A stretch of 64,000 nt of DNA. It comes from Iphione sp. A-MEVVRFRX5. Taxonomy: Eukaryota. The translations under genes and the position numbers were made by a program. The stretch lies in contig OZ320315.1 in NCBI GenBank assembly GCA_976226885.1, positions 57,412,001 through 57,476,000 on the forward strand. The letters are read 5' to 3'. This document shows, one piece after another, positions 25,500 to 38,199 of this stretch. The notes below the pieces were generated by a model, which was given only the letters and a program-made list of their open reading frames with translations, made no database searches and was not told where the DNA came from. Numbering within the stretch: position 1 is the first letter of the stretch; every line of letters begins with the position of its first letter.

Positions 25500-25872
25500 C
25501 CGTAAGTTGGTTCCATCATTTAAACCATTAAGGTCAGCAGATTTAGGTGTATTGTTTCTCCTCAAGGTGAGGGTATAGCACAATAATGTCCACAGAAACC
25601 TGGGGTATATCAAAAATATGAACATTAATCATCTTTTTATTAATCTTTCTAGAAAGAAACATATTTCATTCTATATTCCTTTAAAAATATACTTGGGATT
25701 CAACACAGAAGACAATTGTTAATGTCATACTCTGACTTGTTATGGTAAGAATGATGGTTAAAATGATATTTTAGATAATGCCTTAAGACATTATCCCTCC
25801 TAGCCTGGGAATGCCTTAAGGTATTATCCGTCCTAGCCTGGGAATGCCTTAAGGCATTATCCGTCTTTATAG
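25500..25872. repeat. AT-rich insertion in gypsy RNase H containing a 33-bp tandem repeat
   Basis: RNase H reads ...ICTD before 25500 and resumes ...HGQVARWK after about 25875. Unit GGGAATGCCTTAAGGCATTATCCGTCCTAGCCT about 3 times at 25775-25870. Confidence 0.65.
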
Positions 25873-28157
25873 GGAAAAAGGAGACACATGGTCAGGTTGC
25901 AAGGTGGAAGCATCTGTGAAAGTCGTCACCAGATCACAATTGGGAACTGGTAGGGACTCAGATTTCACTGAGAAACATAGAAAACAACTATTGGATGAAT
26001 CTATTATACCAATTTCAAAGTTAAAAGAGAAATCTTCTGAATAACCGGAATGGATTCAGATTAGTCATCTGCCAGAAGAAGCCAAGACTTTGTGTAAACA
26101 ATGGGGTCTAAATTTGGTTTGAGTTCGATGCTCAGTCTACTTGTCTACAAGAAATCATACCTTAAGAAGACCGAAAAAGGATAATCCAGGAGGTACATTC
26201 TGGACCAGCAGAAGCACATTTTCGAATAAATAGAACTGTCTCATACATCGGACTATCTTATTATTGGCCAATATGTTAGAAGATGTAAAAACATTTATTT
26301 CCAAGTGTTTGTGTTCTCAACTTCTGAAGAAAAGCAGTGTTCTCTCTGAGCCTCTTCATCAGTACGTCATCGGTGAACCCATGGAGCGGTGGGTGATGGA
26401 TGTAGCTGGTCCGTTTCCTCTTATGGATCAAGGTAATCAATATATTCTTATGGTAGGTGACTATTTAACTTAATGGCTAGAAGCTTTTTGTATACTGGAT
26501 CAGCAAGCTACTACTATTGCACGAATACTAGCTAAAGAAATTATATGCCATCATGGATCATTTAGAGAATTACATTCCATATTTCTAAAACTGGAACTAC
26601 ACCATTACATCCTCAAAGTGTTGGATTCATTGAAAGGAGTTTTCAAAAATTGAATAGATTGCTTAAGGCAGCTGTGGAAGAACAAGATAAACCATGGGAT
26701 GAAATCTTACCATTTATTCTATCAATGTATTGGGCTATGCCCCAACAATCTACAGGAAAGTCACTGAATATGCTTGTCTATGGAAGAGAGATAAGGTAAC
26801 CTTTAGAATTTTTAACTAATTTGCCAGAGCAAAAACAAACGACATTAACGTTAACAGAATACAGTGAGAATCTGCATCAGAGATTGCAGATGGCTTTCTC
26901 TTTGGTTCGTCAAAAACTGCAGGCTGCAGCTGAAATACAAAAAAAAAACATATGAGAAAGGGATGAAATGGAGACCTGAAATAACTGAAAACACACCAGT
27001 ATAGTTATATGATCCGCAATTTTAATGAGTAAAGAAAGTAAAATTAAGCTTTCCCTGGAGGGGACCATATCTACATGTGAAACAGTTAGATCTTGGAAGA
27101 CATATTTTACAGAAAACCAAATCCAGACAGAAAATATTAGTGCACAGAAATCAGATTTATGAGTATAGAGGTGAAATGCTACCATGCTGGATGAAGAAAT
27201 TGATCAAGGAGAAGGAAAAGAGGACCGATCACCCTCTGTAAACTCACCATTTTCAATCTGAAGGAAGCGAAAATGGCTCAGTGATCTGTTTCCTCAGGTG
27301 GATCATCACTGTTGTCAATGGTAGCAGGAGGAGAAGAGCCAAACATTTCCACCTTGGGCAATATTGCCAGGGAACATCGAGGATGGCTGGAGGTAATGGT
27401 GGAGTAATGTTGGCCACCATCAAGAGGACATTGTATGCCTCAGGCCTATCCAGATGAACTTGATCAACAACATCTTGAGGCAACATTAATTGCATGTTTG
27501 CAATTTTTTCCTCTCCAATGGCCCCAGGCTGGGATTCTGGAGCATCAAGGGGAAGCACAGTGAAAACAGTGTTTTCATTGGGAAGGGGGAGTGCAATCAT
27601 TTCCCTCCCCAATGTGTGCATTTGAATGGTTGGGCCCCAGTAACAAACAATGATCCCTGAATCAGTCAGGGTTCCTATCAGACTAAGGAGTTGTGAAGCC
27701 ATGCCAAGAAATGAAGAATAAATGAACAAGGATCCACTGAAAATTGAAAAACTATTGGAAATCTGTTAAAATAACATTTAGTGTGCACCTGAAAAAGAAA
27801 CATTTCAGTAAAAGGAAGGATAGTCCCTTATAGGAACAGCAGCAGTGATCTGGATCAAAGTTTCTTCTCGAAACAGCACAAAAACAGCGGCAGCAGTTCC
27901 TCTGGCAATGGGTGAATGAATTCTGATGAGATGTGATCCACAAACCCTTATATACAAAGTTTGGATCCAAAATGAATATCAAAATCTGGCATGATGACAG
28001 GGTTACGCCAGGTTGCATAATGTTATCTGGTGCGCTGGGTGTGGCAGCAAAGTTTGAATAGCCTGCCGCCAGGCCACCTCGCATGATCCGTCCTATTGTG
28101 CATTGAGCCAGAACGTCTTCTCGTAGATTGTGTCTTTACAGATCATCTGACAACATC

Positions 28158-28406
28158 ATGGTCATGGTGAAGTACCTAACTTGTGACATCTGTCAAGCCT
28201 CGATTAAAGGCCAGAGTGGGCTGAATAAACATCATGCGAATGTACACGGGATCACCGCCAGTGGACAACTCCTTAAGAGGATCTGCCCATGGTACCCCGA
28301 CAAGAGGTGTACACACGAGTCCAAGTCCTGGATGGATCACATCAAGAGCCAGCATGCCAGTCACACCCACTATGTAGTGAAGAAGTATTACCATCTTTCA
28401 CTCTAA
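28158..28406 (+). pseudogene. Tandem C2H2 zinc-finger accessory ORF (ORF3) of the old gypsy
   Basis: CDICQASIKGQSGLNKHHANVH...ICPWYPDKRC...SWMDHIKSQH; preceded by TTGTGTCTTTACAG| (acceptor ending 28141); frameshifted charged tail to about 29017. Confidence 0.7.
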
Positions 28407-29589
28407 ATAACTTCAGATGGGAAATTATCTGCACCCACTGTGGAGGCCCGCAATTAGTGTTCACCTGGAGACAAAGACTTGGGGAAATTATCACCTTACG
28501 TGGGAAATCCATTGTTGCTGAGGCTGAAGATGAACCCTCAACTGCTAGTGCCGAGAAACCTACAATGTCCTTGAAACAGACCTGTGAGACCCGGTCAGAA
28601 GCTACCAAGTTGCTGACCTGCAAATCAGTAAACTAAAGGAAAAGGAAGACGAAACCGAACCAGACTCTCCAACAGGGAAATTAGATATCAGTGATATCAG
28701 CCTTATCTCAACTACCCCGTCCATGGAGGCTGATATAGAGCAGGCAGGGCAAACTCTACTAAGTTTGTTAGACCCTGTTGATATCGCAGATGATGAAGAA
28801 AGAACAGACAATGCCAGGCATTGGAGAAGAAGAGACAACTGAAGATAGAAAGAGCAAACAGAAACAAGAAAAAGGGCAAGAACAGAAGGAGGACCAGCAA
28901 AAACAAGAAGAACAAAAGTCGGGTGAAAACCTACAGACAAAAGAAACAGAAGAAAAAGAAGAGGATGAAAAAAGATATAACATATTACTGTTAAATTGCC
29001 TAAATCATAATATTTAAATAATATTAGGAGACATGCCTAGAATATTGTACTTTGGTTAATTATGTTTCTAGATTATAGTTTGAATACATTTCAAATGAAG
29101 ATAAGGATTTTTAACAACAGTTTAAAAGAAGTTAAAATAGCTCAGTGGGTAAGGTGGTAGAATTAGGATTTGAGAAAGGGGTTCAAATCCTGTGTTGGGC
29201 AGTGACAGCTTTTAGTTTTGTCCTGGTGTCAGGAAAGTGTTTTTCCGACGTTGTACACACATTTAAAAAACCTGACCTTTTTTCATTGCTACAGTGTTAT
29301 ACAATAACCTTACTACAACCAAAACACAACAATGCCACAACATTGTGGCAACATTACATTGTTTGCTGGGACATCCTTTCATTAGTATGACACCTATCAA
29401 GAGTCTGATTTATCCTTATTCATAACTATAAACACTCATTAATCATTAGGGAACTTACTAATAGTGCTACACTAATATCCCCTTTTTAAGGCACATAATA
29501 GTTTGAACTGACTCTTTTATTTATTCCCCACCTTTTATACAATGCTCTCATCTGTAAGTAACTGTAATTAGTCTCCTGCTTTAAATAAT

Positions 29590-30560
29590 GATGTGACGTG
29601 TTGTCCTCGCTGCGGATCAAGGTCCCAAAGCCAAAGAGCCATAGGTTTGTGAAGAGCCTACGATATGGCACTTGTACAGCTTGGAACAACCTGCCAAGTG
29701 ATGTTAAGGTGAGGTCGAAGTCACTGCCATGACTGGGTGGCAGGTAGAGGTGCTCACATTGGCTAGCCACAATATTGGCCGAGCAGCAAGGGCATGCCAG
29801 GCACTCACCCCTTGATCCGTGCACCTGGGTGGACGGAGATGTTGGTCTGCTACCTGTCTGAGGAGGATATGTTTGGGTTGCGGAGAATAGGTCTTCACAG
29901 GTCGTCGGGTGTGACTTAATTTCACCACAGGCTCTAACTTGGGAGGGAGTTCACCTTCTTCTTGGGTAACGATCGATAGGGGGTTGCTGGGTAGGGTGAA
30001 TAGGAAATGTACATAGTCTATAGAGGGTATGGATACAAGATGGACTATGTCGGGGAAAGGGTGAATCTTCTGCGGCAAGAGCATCAAACACACCTGATCT
30101 CACCTCTCGGGTACGGTGCTGGGTGGATGGGGAGCTGATGGTAAACTGGCGAAGCTGGGAAAGTAAGCAGTAGTGAAGGGTCAAGCAGAAACAAGGTCGA
30201 GCAGCAAGACACAGTCGGTTTCTTGTATAACTCCCAGCGACATAGTTTGAGTCGAAGAGTACATATGTTGACGACTGGTGTTAAACACACCACTGTGTTG
30301 TACATATCCGTTGTGAGTTTATTATCCTGTGATGTGATTGTGGTCATCTGTCCTGTCAATTACTTACTGTACTAAGTCACTGTGTTGTCTATGAATTGTC
30401 ATCCCATTTGTCTGTGTTCGTGTCTCCAAGTATCTGTACATGTTCTCTTCGTTGTGTGTATATGTTTTCGTCTATGTTTATGCTACATATCTTTCATCGA
30501 CCAAGGAGAGCTTTGTAACTGTATGAAGATTTGGTTGATTAATAAATTCAAATTCAAATC
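29590..30560 (+). mobile_element. CR1/L2-group LINE 3' end, interrupted by an unclassified ~650-bp insert
   Basis: RIKVPKPKSHRFVKSLRY...AWNNLPSDVK C-terminal motif; AATAAATTCAAATTCAAA tail at about 30541-30558; AAGTCACTG direct repeats at 29718 and 30374 flank the insert. Confidence 0.55.
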
Positions 30561-30654
30561 TGATATGTCATGTGATCACTTTTCATTCTGAGGACTTGGT
30601 CCATTACAAAATATGTATAGGGACCAACTCGACAAATACATTTTTTCATTTCAT

Positions 30655-30978
30655 TGTGTCTTTTACCAAGAACTAGATATTCACCTATCATATGACAGGG
30701 CTCTTTTATATCCTACTGGGGTAGCATCCTACCATCTATTATTGAAAATTCAGGGACCACCCAGAGTTACCCCTACTCTTATTTTGAATAGTTTCTGGGA
30801 TCCTCTTGTGTATAGGGGACAGAATCTTATACACCCATGGCCTTTTTATAAGTTGGGGACCACAGTGGGTTGGGGCTACAGTAAGTCTGTCTGGTCTTGA
30901 TCAAGAGTCCCAAGCCCGGGATTGAACCTGCAACCTCTCAATCAGTGGACTAGTGCTCTACCACTGAGCTAACTCCCC
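30655..30978 (-). mobile_element. tRNA-derived SINE with a Nin/Deu-like central domain
   Basis: Minus strand head GGGGAGTTAGCTCAGTGGTAGAGC...GGTTCAATCCC (A and B boxes); core GGATCCCAGAAACTATTCAAAATAAGAGTAGGGGTAACTC resembles the Deu/Nin SINE domain (from memory). Confidence 0.7.
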
Positions 30979-31029
30979 ATCCACAAATACAACTAAATAG
31001 ATTTTACCTGCCTATCCCCTAGTCCCATT

Positions 31030-32540
31030 GTAACTAATTTGTGTGTTAAGACAGAATGATTAATGATATCAAAAGCTTTGATAAGTCTACTAGTACACTC
31101 CCGAAGTACTTGTTGTCATTGTCATTGTCTTGTAAACGCTTATCAGTAGGACTGCTGTTGCAGTGTCCAGTGCCTTCCAATTACTAAGCCCATGTTGTTT
31201 TTGTGATATCAGATCTTTTAACTGTAAGAAAGCAACTGATCATAAACAGACACTACAGAATTTTTCCTATAATCCGTAATATTGCCACAGCTTTGTAATT
31301 CTTCTTATCGAAATGTGATCCAGCTTTAGAGATTGGTAAGATCCCAGCTAACTTGCACTCCTTTGGGAATGACCCAGTCATTATACATTGATTAAACATC
31401 TCAAATCACGTCAGTTAGTATTAATAGACTATCCTTTACAAGTTTCATTGGGATGCCCTCAAGCCCTGAAGGTTTATGTATAGGCAACTTCATGACTATT
31501 TTCCAAAACTCTATGCTGGTAACACAGGTGAAACAGCCCCTATCACTCGCTTCCATTAGTAGTTCCTTCTTTCCCAGTTGCTGCAATCTGCTGAACTGAA
31601 GATAGAAACAAACATTTAAGGTTTCTGTTACATCATTCTTGTCAACCCACTGCTCTCCCTCCTTCAGCTTTATGTAATACATCTTTTTACCCCTCCCAAG
31701 GGCATTGTTGATGATATTCCAATAGTCCGTTTTTATAAAATAATTTCGGTTCCTTATGTTTTCCCTTATTTCACTCGTCATCCACGATTGACTTCTCGTT
31801 GTAGTGACCTGCCTACACGGACACAGATCCAATGCTGCCCTTTGCATCCCATTTTCAATTTTATTCCACGTGTCATTCACATCAACACACAATTCTGCTT
31901 TAGTGTGTGTCAGGTGCTCAAAAAAATCTTATATCCACTGGATTATACTTCCCCCGTGACCTCTTAAATTATCCCAGTGTTTTTCATTCACCTGTCTGCT
32001 CTAACCTTCTAATGTGATATACATGTATATTGGCAAATGATCACTTATTTAGTTGGCTAGGGTGCCCGATGATACCACTTTAGGTATATTTTAGAATTAT
32101 ACGTCTATTGTTGACCTGGAAGTCGGGTGAATAAAGGTTATTTTAGTGATATATTGATGTGCCATATAGATGCCAAATAAGTTTTCAACTTCTTTTTTCT
32201 CTTGTCAGTCTCTGTCCCAATTAATATTAAAATCCCTCCTACCAATATAAACATCCTGTATAAATTCTAATGCGACTTAGTGATGTTCACTCAATACTTT
32301 ACTCAAAAAATTGATAGAAGTTACCATCTGGTGGCCTATATATTGTCACCAAGATAATTGGTTTCTGACTGGGTCTTGTTATCTTTATCCATACGCTTTC
32401 TACACAAATGGTATTTAAACTTAACTCTGATAGTTCCTTTGTCTGAATTTCAATCGAAACATATATTAATATACCACCCAAGATTTTGTATTCGTATTGG
32501 ATCTGTCTTGTCGAATGATTTCATAACCCTTCCGAACTAG
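31030..32540 (-). mobile_element. CR1/L2-group LINE remnant (APE plus RT start)
   Basis: GGILIYV, VESVWIKI and VTIYRPP (APE); KPSGLEGIP, GSFPKECKLA.ILPI.K and LDLSKAFD (RT); disrupted. Confidence 0.85.
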
Positions 32541-33869
32541 TAAACTCGATTGAATATTTTCATTTAGCCAGTTTTCTGTTATTGAAATTTCATTTTTTTT
32601 ATAGTTTCATTTCATACAATTGGAAATATTCATTTACCAGATCCGGTAGCACTGGATACCACATGTCGCCGATTAGGATCAATCGGCTTGGGCATGTTTC
32701 CTGATGTTTCTTCTTTCATCGTTCATAGTTGTTGTTCTGTTGAAAAGAAAAAAATAATTCAGACAAGATTCATGCGCAGCACACGATAGTAGTTATACTC
32801 ATCTCATTTCTTCAATACTATTTTACTTTTTCAAGGTTTTATATTTCCAAGTGCAAATTATCTATTTACCAGAACCAGCTGCAGCGGAAACAACACGTTG
32901 ACACTTTGGTGCCAAAGGTTTTTCACTTGTTCCTCCATGCACTGTTCGAAGATGTTACCAATTGCCCCCCCCCCCCCAAAAAAAAAAAGAAAATTGTTTT
33001 TACCTGGTGTAGCTTCCGGGGGAAATAATTCAAGTAGGTTATAGAGACATTTTTATTTTTTCTATTTTGATGTATGAATGATTTCCTGTTACCAATTGCC
33101 CCCCTCCCCCCCCAAAAAAAAGAAAATTGTTTTTTCCTGGTGTAGAAATAATTCAAGTAGGTTATGGAGGGAGTCGGTCAGTAGTAGGGCTTCTCAGGGC
33201 TGGATCTTTTTCCTTGAGAGCAGCAAATGATGAAGACGTATCTTGAGGTCCCTCCTGGCACAATATCTCAAAATGTTCTTCCTTCTCTTTTGCCTCTTCA
33301 TCTTGAAACATCTCTGGTGGTACTTCGTTCTGGGACAAAGTAATCCCGTCCAGTGACAAATTCATTGAATTGTCAGCCATGGTGAATAGTTGTATGAAGA
33401 ATTTGTGAATGGAGCAATGTACAGGTCGTCAGATACACATAAAGTGCACTATAGATTACATTTTCAAGCCTTTTATAATGCCCAGGTCCTACCCCGACAC
33501 GTCGACAAATGATAATTGCACTGCAATGTCCAGACAACAGAGCGCCAACAAGTACTCTTATGACCACTTCAGACATGTCAATCACCCGAGATAATCACCT
33601 GATACAATTGCGATTTAAGGGTCTTGAACCCCCTTACATACTGCACGACCCAACCCCAATCTCCCATTTACAATATAAAATATGAAATATCGCTCCCCAA
33701 ACCTTCTATACTAATCCTGCATTGCTCCCGAACCTTCTAGACTTTTCCTATATCATTCACAAACCTTCTAGACTAATCCTACTTAGTATGAAAGCCATCT
33801 CATCTATTGACTAGGTTGACCAATGTCTCTTGACTTGATCAGCACATCGTACAGTTGTTGAGAGGGGTG

Positions 33870-35990
33870 AGTTTAAAAGAGATAATATCCTAGGACATGA
33901 ACATTACGGCCTCTATAATGTCCTTGTACACTGGGACATTATGGCCCTTAATGTCCAGTCCTTGTATATTATCTACCATATAATGTTTATATATTTTTAT
34001 CAGTTCATTCCACGGTTTAGGTAATAGGTCAGCATCATGCTGTCTGGTTGCTTGGGGTGGTTGTCTTGGCAGCAAATTTAATAATTCAGATTATAAACAA
34101 TGTTCACAGTAAACGTTTTCCGTCTTTGTTCCACAGATATTAGGTTGAACATTATCATCACTTGGTAATATTATCATCACTTGGTAATATTCATTTTGTT
34201 TTGTAATACTCTTTTGTAGTGGTGTATATGATTGAACATGCCCTATTGTGTACTCTGTTAAGTTTTCCCGGGTCAATTCAATTATAACAATTTAACATTA
34301 CCATTGAATAATCAACCAGTCTATTCTTACTGCACCAATCAGATACTTGCTGTATTACCACCTGAGATTTCTTAGCTAATACCTCAGTATTTTTATGACC
34401 TATAAGTATCATTATGTCATCAGCAGATAAGGTTGTGTCAGCTTCTCTTGAGTACGGGAAGTCATTAATATACAAAGAGAACAATAGGGGCTCTAGCATT
34501 GACCCTTGAGGAACTCCAATGTTAATTTCACATAATTATGAGCACCTTCCATTTACTACACAGTATTGTTTTCTATCAGATCGGTAGTTTTCAAACCATT
34601 CTAAGCTCAGAAGCTTAGACCTTGCAACCTTGCATTGCATTTAAGTTTATCAAGAAGTACCCTATTACTGATGGTATTGAATGCTTTTCTAAGGTCAACA
34701 CATACTGCATTGGTGCTTTGTTGATTGTAAATATTAGCATAGATTTTATTTTCCACACAGAAAATAGCCTCTTTTATACATTTATGCTATCTAAAACCAA
34801 ACTGTTCCCTAACAAGCAAATTTCCATTCTCAAGAAATATGTACAGCTGTGTGAAAACAAGTTTTTCAAGAACCTTTGCTGGCACTGGCAATTGAGATAT
34901 GGGTCTATTATTATCTAGAATTGTACTGCTGCCTTTTTCGATTAGAGGAATTACTGTGGCTATCTTCCATCCATTGGGGAAGTTGCCACTTAACTTAGAC
35001 ATATTCACTAGATGGGTGAATTAAGTAATACAGGTCACAATACAATGCAAGAACAGCTTTGTCAGTATATTTTCAATGTTGCAACTTTTCTCTTTGCCTA
35101 TCTTATTGATTACATCAATTACATTATCTACACCGAACGTCTCAACTGTGAAAGCAGGGCAATCAGGATTGCCATGTTGACTACTGTCAGTTACATCAAT
35201 TAATACATGTGAGAGATTCGAGATGATGAAGCTATATTGGTAAATTGGTCATTGAAGTAATCAGGAAGATCAATATCATGCACTTCTTGATCATTTAGTA
35301 CAAAAGCTAAGTTTTTTCTGGATTTTCCAGCTTGTCCAGTTTCTCTTTCAAGACAGCCCCAATATTCGGCGCTGTTCTTTCTTATCTCAGACAGCTTTTC
35401 TATCGTAAAAACCTTTGTGTATTTTTACACATTTATTTACTTGATTTCTTAAGTAGCATGCAATTCTTTTAGTATCAACATCCTTACATTCTTTCACTTT
35501 TCATCTATAGCTGGTTTTTAGTCTTACTGATTAAATTAGTTCTTTGCTGATCCAGGGTGAGTTGTTTTTGTCTGGTACTTTATACTTCACTGGAAGTGTT
35601 ATTTTGTTGATAGTATCCAAAATATTGCCATGGAGAACTGACCAGGCGATGTTGACATCATTGGTGTGACATAGGCGATACCAGTTGGTACATTTGAGGT
35701 TATTAGAGATCAACTTTCCGATAGCTGATATATTTCATGTTGTTAGATTTGTGTTTATCTCTAGTGATTTTCTTACAGAGCCATGTTAAATGATAATCTG
35801 ATAGACCTATGTCTCTCACACCAGAGTCATTAATGCCTTTACTTTCGCTTCCTGTAATATCAATAGATGTGACTGACTTCAGACCAATTCTAGCGGGGCT
35901 TTTTATGAGATTGGGTAAATAATGCCCATTAAGTAAATATTCTAATTTTCTTTTGTTGGGACAGTTGGTTTTCCTCATGTTACTATTTAC
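33870..35990 (-). mobile_element. CR1/L2-group LINE ORF2 remnant
   Basis: APE end (SIDI...GLSDYH); RT FPNGWKIATVIPLIEKG, RPISQLPV..KVLEK, QFGFR, GVPQGS.LEPLLFSLYIND and SADD. Confidence 0.85.
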
Positions 35991-37194
35991 GTCCCCAACA
36001 ACATATACCTCCCTATCATAATTTAATTTATTCAGGACCCTGTTAAGGTCAGATATGATGCACCTGATTGACCCAGATGGTGGCCTATAGATGATAAAAA
36101 TAATTGTTTTTTTTTTTCATTCTGTTTGGGGTGACTTATAGTAATTGTGCTTTGATATTACAGTTGGCCACATCATGTTTATTGTCATAGTTATTGCAGA
36201 AGTATTCATCTCTGGGTTATGTTACCAGACCACCTCCAACTTTGTTGCTGACTGGTATATCAGGGCAGCTACCACTTTCTATTCTGAGTTGATACCCTGG
36301 AATTTCTACAAGGTAATTAGGAATATTACAACACAACCGGGTCTCTTAACGAGCTAAATCGTCTATGTTCAATTCAGATATAATGAATTCTAAAGCAGGA
36401 TGCATGTTAATTAAGCTGCAGGTGTTTTATTGGGCTATTACTAGTCCTTATCGTGCACATGGACTTAGGGTGATCATTTTGGTGAAAGACCACTCTACGT
36501 AGATGACCAAATGCATTAATAATAAGTAATAAGAAAGGTTTTCGTACCTATTAGATTGCAATTAGCATTAAGGGAGGAGAGATGCAAACTCAGAATTTAG
36601 TACAATTGATATATGATAAGATAGTAGTAATAATCGGGTAAAACATATAAGCACTGATGAAAACAAATTAGTTGAGTGATCAACATTTTATAAACAGATA
36701 ATCACATTAAATATAATATACAACACGATGAGAACTTCAGTATGCAAATACAATAATACAAAAGATCATTTACGGTGCAAGAACAGTAATGCACAATGTA
36801 GCACTGTGACTATACCATGCTGTTATTGTAGGTTAGATATACATGCATAAGTAGAGTAGATCTACACATAAGTACAAAAAGTAAAGAAAGTTCTTTTAGC
36901 AGATGGAAACGTAAAGCTGTGACTAAAGTATATGGCTGTAGCATATCGCAAGTGAGGATCACATTTGATTATAAATTCTGAATTTAGCATATACATGTAT
37001 GTATACACGGCGGTTGATTGACCAACTGACTAAATACATCAATAAGATGTGTCAGTTTGATATTGATTGCATTTCTATTTTCTAATTTCCTAATTTTCTG
37101 TTTTATACCAATAGGGCGTTGAATGATCAACATAGTCTTTGAGATTATTAAGAGTTTCTATGAATAAATTTTAATATGGTATTTGCACAGTGAG

Positions 37195-37790
37195 TCTAAG
37201 GGTTGGATGCAGTCCATCATAGAGCTTTGCCATGAAGGTTCAGTAGAGTTTCTTTTGATATTTATGGACTGGAGCCTCGGTCCACAGGGTAGCACAATGA
37301 GATATTTGTTAGTTTTGACAATGAGATTGTTGATTCTACAAATGCTCTCAGTGAATTGGGAGTGTGCTGAGTGAGAGATGGTGATAGTTAACTGTGTAGG
37401 TAATTTGTGCCTGTTATACCTATTGAAATCTACAAAGCCCAAATGGCACCATATGAATTTAGTAGGCAAGGACATCTCCTCAATCATTCTAATGCAGGCA
37501 CCCATTAATGAGGAGAAATGCTGAAAGCTAGCAGCAGCACTCTCGAATTGGGGGTATGTGGGGTCATTCCTTGTTTTTTATACATGAGATCATTAACCCC
37601 AGCAAAAATTAAGACAATTTCATATGATTGGAGATCATCGTTGTGATACGGCATGTCCAGGACTTGATCTAACTTGTCCCCAGGTTGTGCATAAACATCA
37701 ATTCTGATGTTGTTAGGGGTGATGTTTGAATATTGAATATTCTTTTTAGTTTCAGCCCCCGAGAGTCACTGATTAGTAGGATCTTTCTGA
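37195..37790 (-). pseudogene. SGNH/GDSL esterase-like ORF remnant
   Basis: Block I LLISDSRG (~37770), block II AQPG, block III LIFAGVND (37590) and block V LYDGLHP (37201-37224) in the correct order; frameshifted. Confidence 0.75.
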
Positions 37791-38199
37791 CATCGAGTTC
37801 CTCATGAGCTGATAAATCAGATGTAGTCATATTTCAGATGAAATGTTGCTGAGAATATCACCTAATTTATGTTTTCCAGACCAGGTCAACTCTTTCAGTG
37901 GATTATCATTGATCAATGACCCAATGCCCCAGTGAGAGTCCTTAGCAGTTTATACAAAAAACTTTTCTTCCATTGTACCATGATGTTTTCTAACCTAGCA
38001 TTACAGTTAATTTTGTTAATGAGGATTTTTTTTCATCAACATACCTTCATCCATATCTTTTGGAAGTGAATCCCTGATTGTGTTAGATCTTTCTAAGTAT
38101 TTTAGAGTCAGTAGATTCCGAAATTTGTGGAATTAGGTCTGCTCTCTTTGCTGCCCACGCCAGGTCTAGTGTTAGTGCCTGGTCGACAGTTGCAACTAA

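Larger units (their letters stand above)
22669..29017 (+). mobile_element. Old decayed Ty3/gypsy element with a downstream zinc-finger ORF; LTRs not recognisable
   Basis: Gag KPE*YDGKADW...LEDRFG (23220-23530); degenerate knuckle CWNC...HFKQD (~24200); GGGAAAC slippery site 24282-24288; protease LIDTGA 24390; RT SPWASP/YRRLN/MPFGL/YRDD 24480-25230; RNase H LDTDAS 25310; integrase PMER..DVAGP (26380) onward; zinc-finger ORF from 28158. Confidence 0.9.

Noticed and set aside
30900-30978. tRNA gene here, or at 8245-8328 and 29135-29200
   Set aside because: Only A/B boxes are retained; acceptor and anticodon stems are not intact and SINE-like bodies follow, so these are treated as SINE heads.
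33162-33380. Acidic 72-aa ORF resembling the N-terminus of a Crypton-associated protein, next to a ~80-bp local duplication
   Set aside because: No catalytic or diagnostic motif, so it cannot be assigned.
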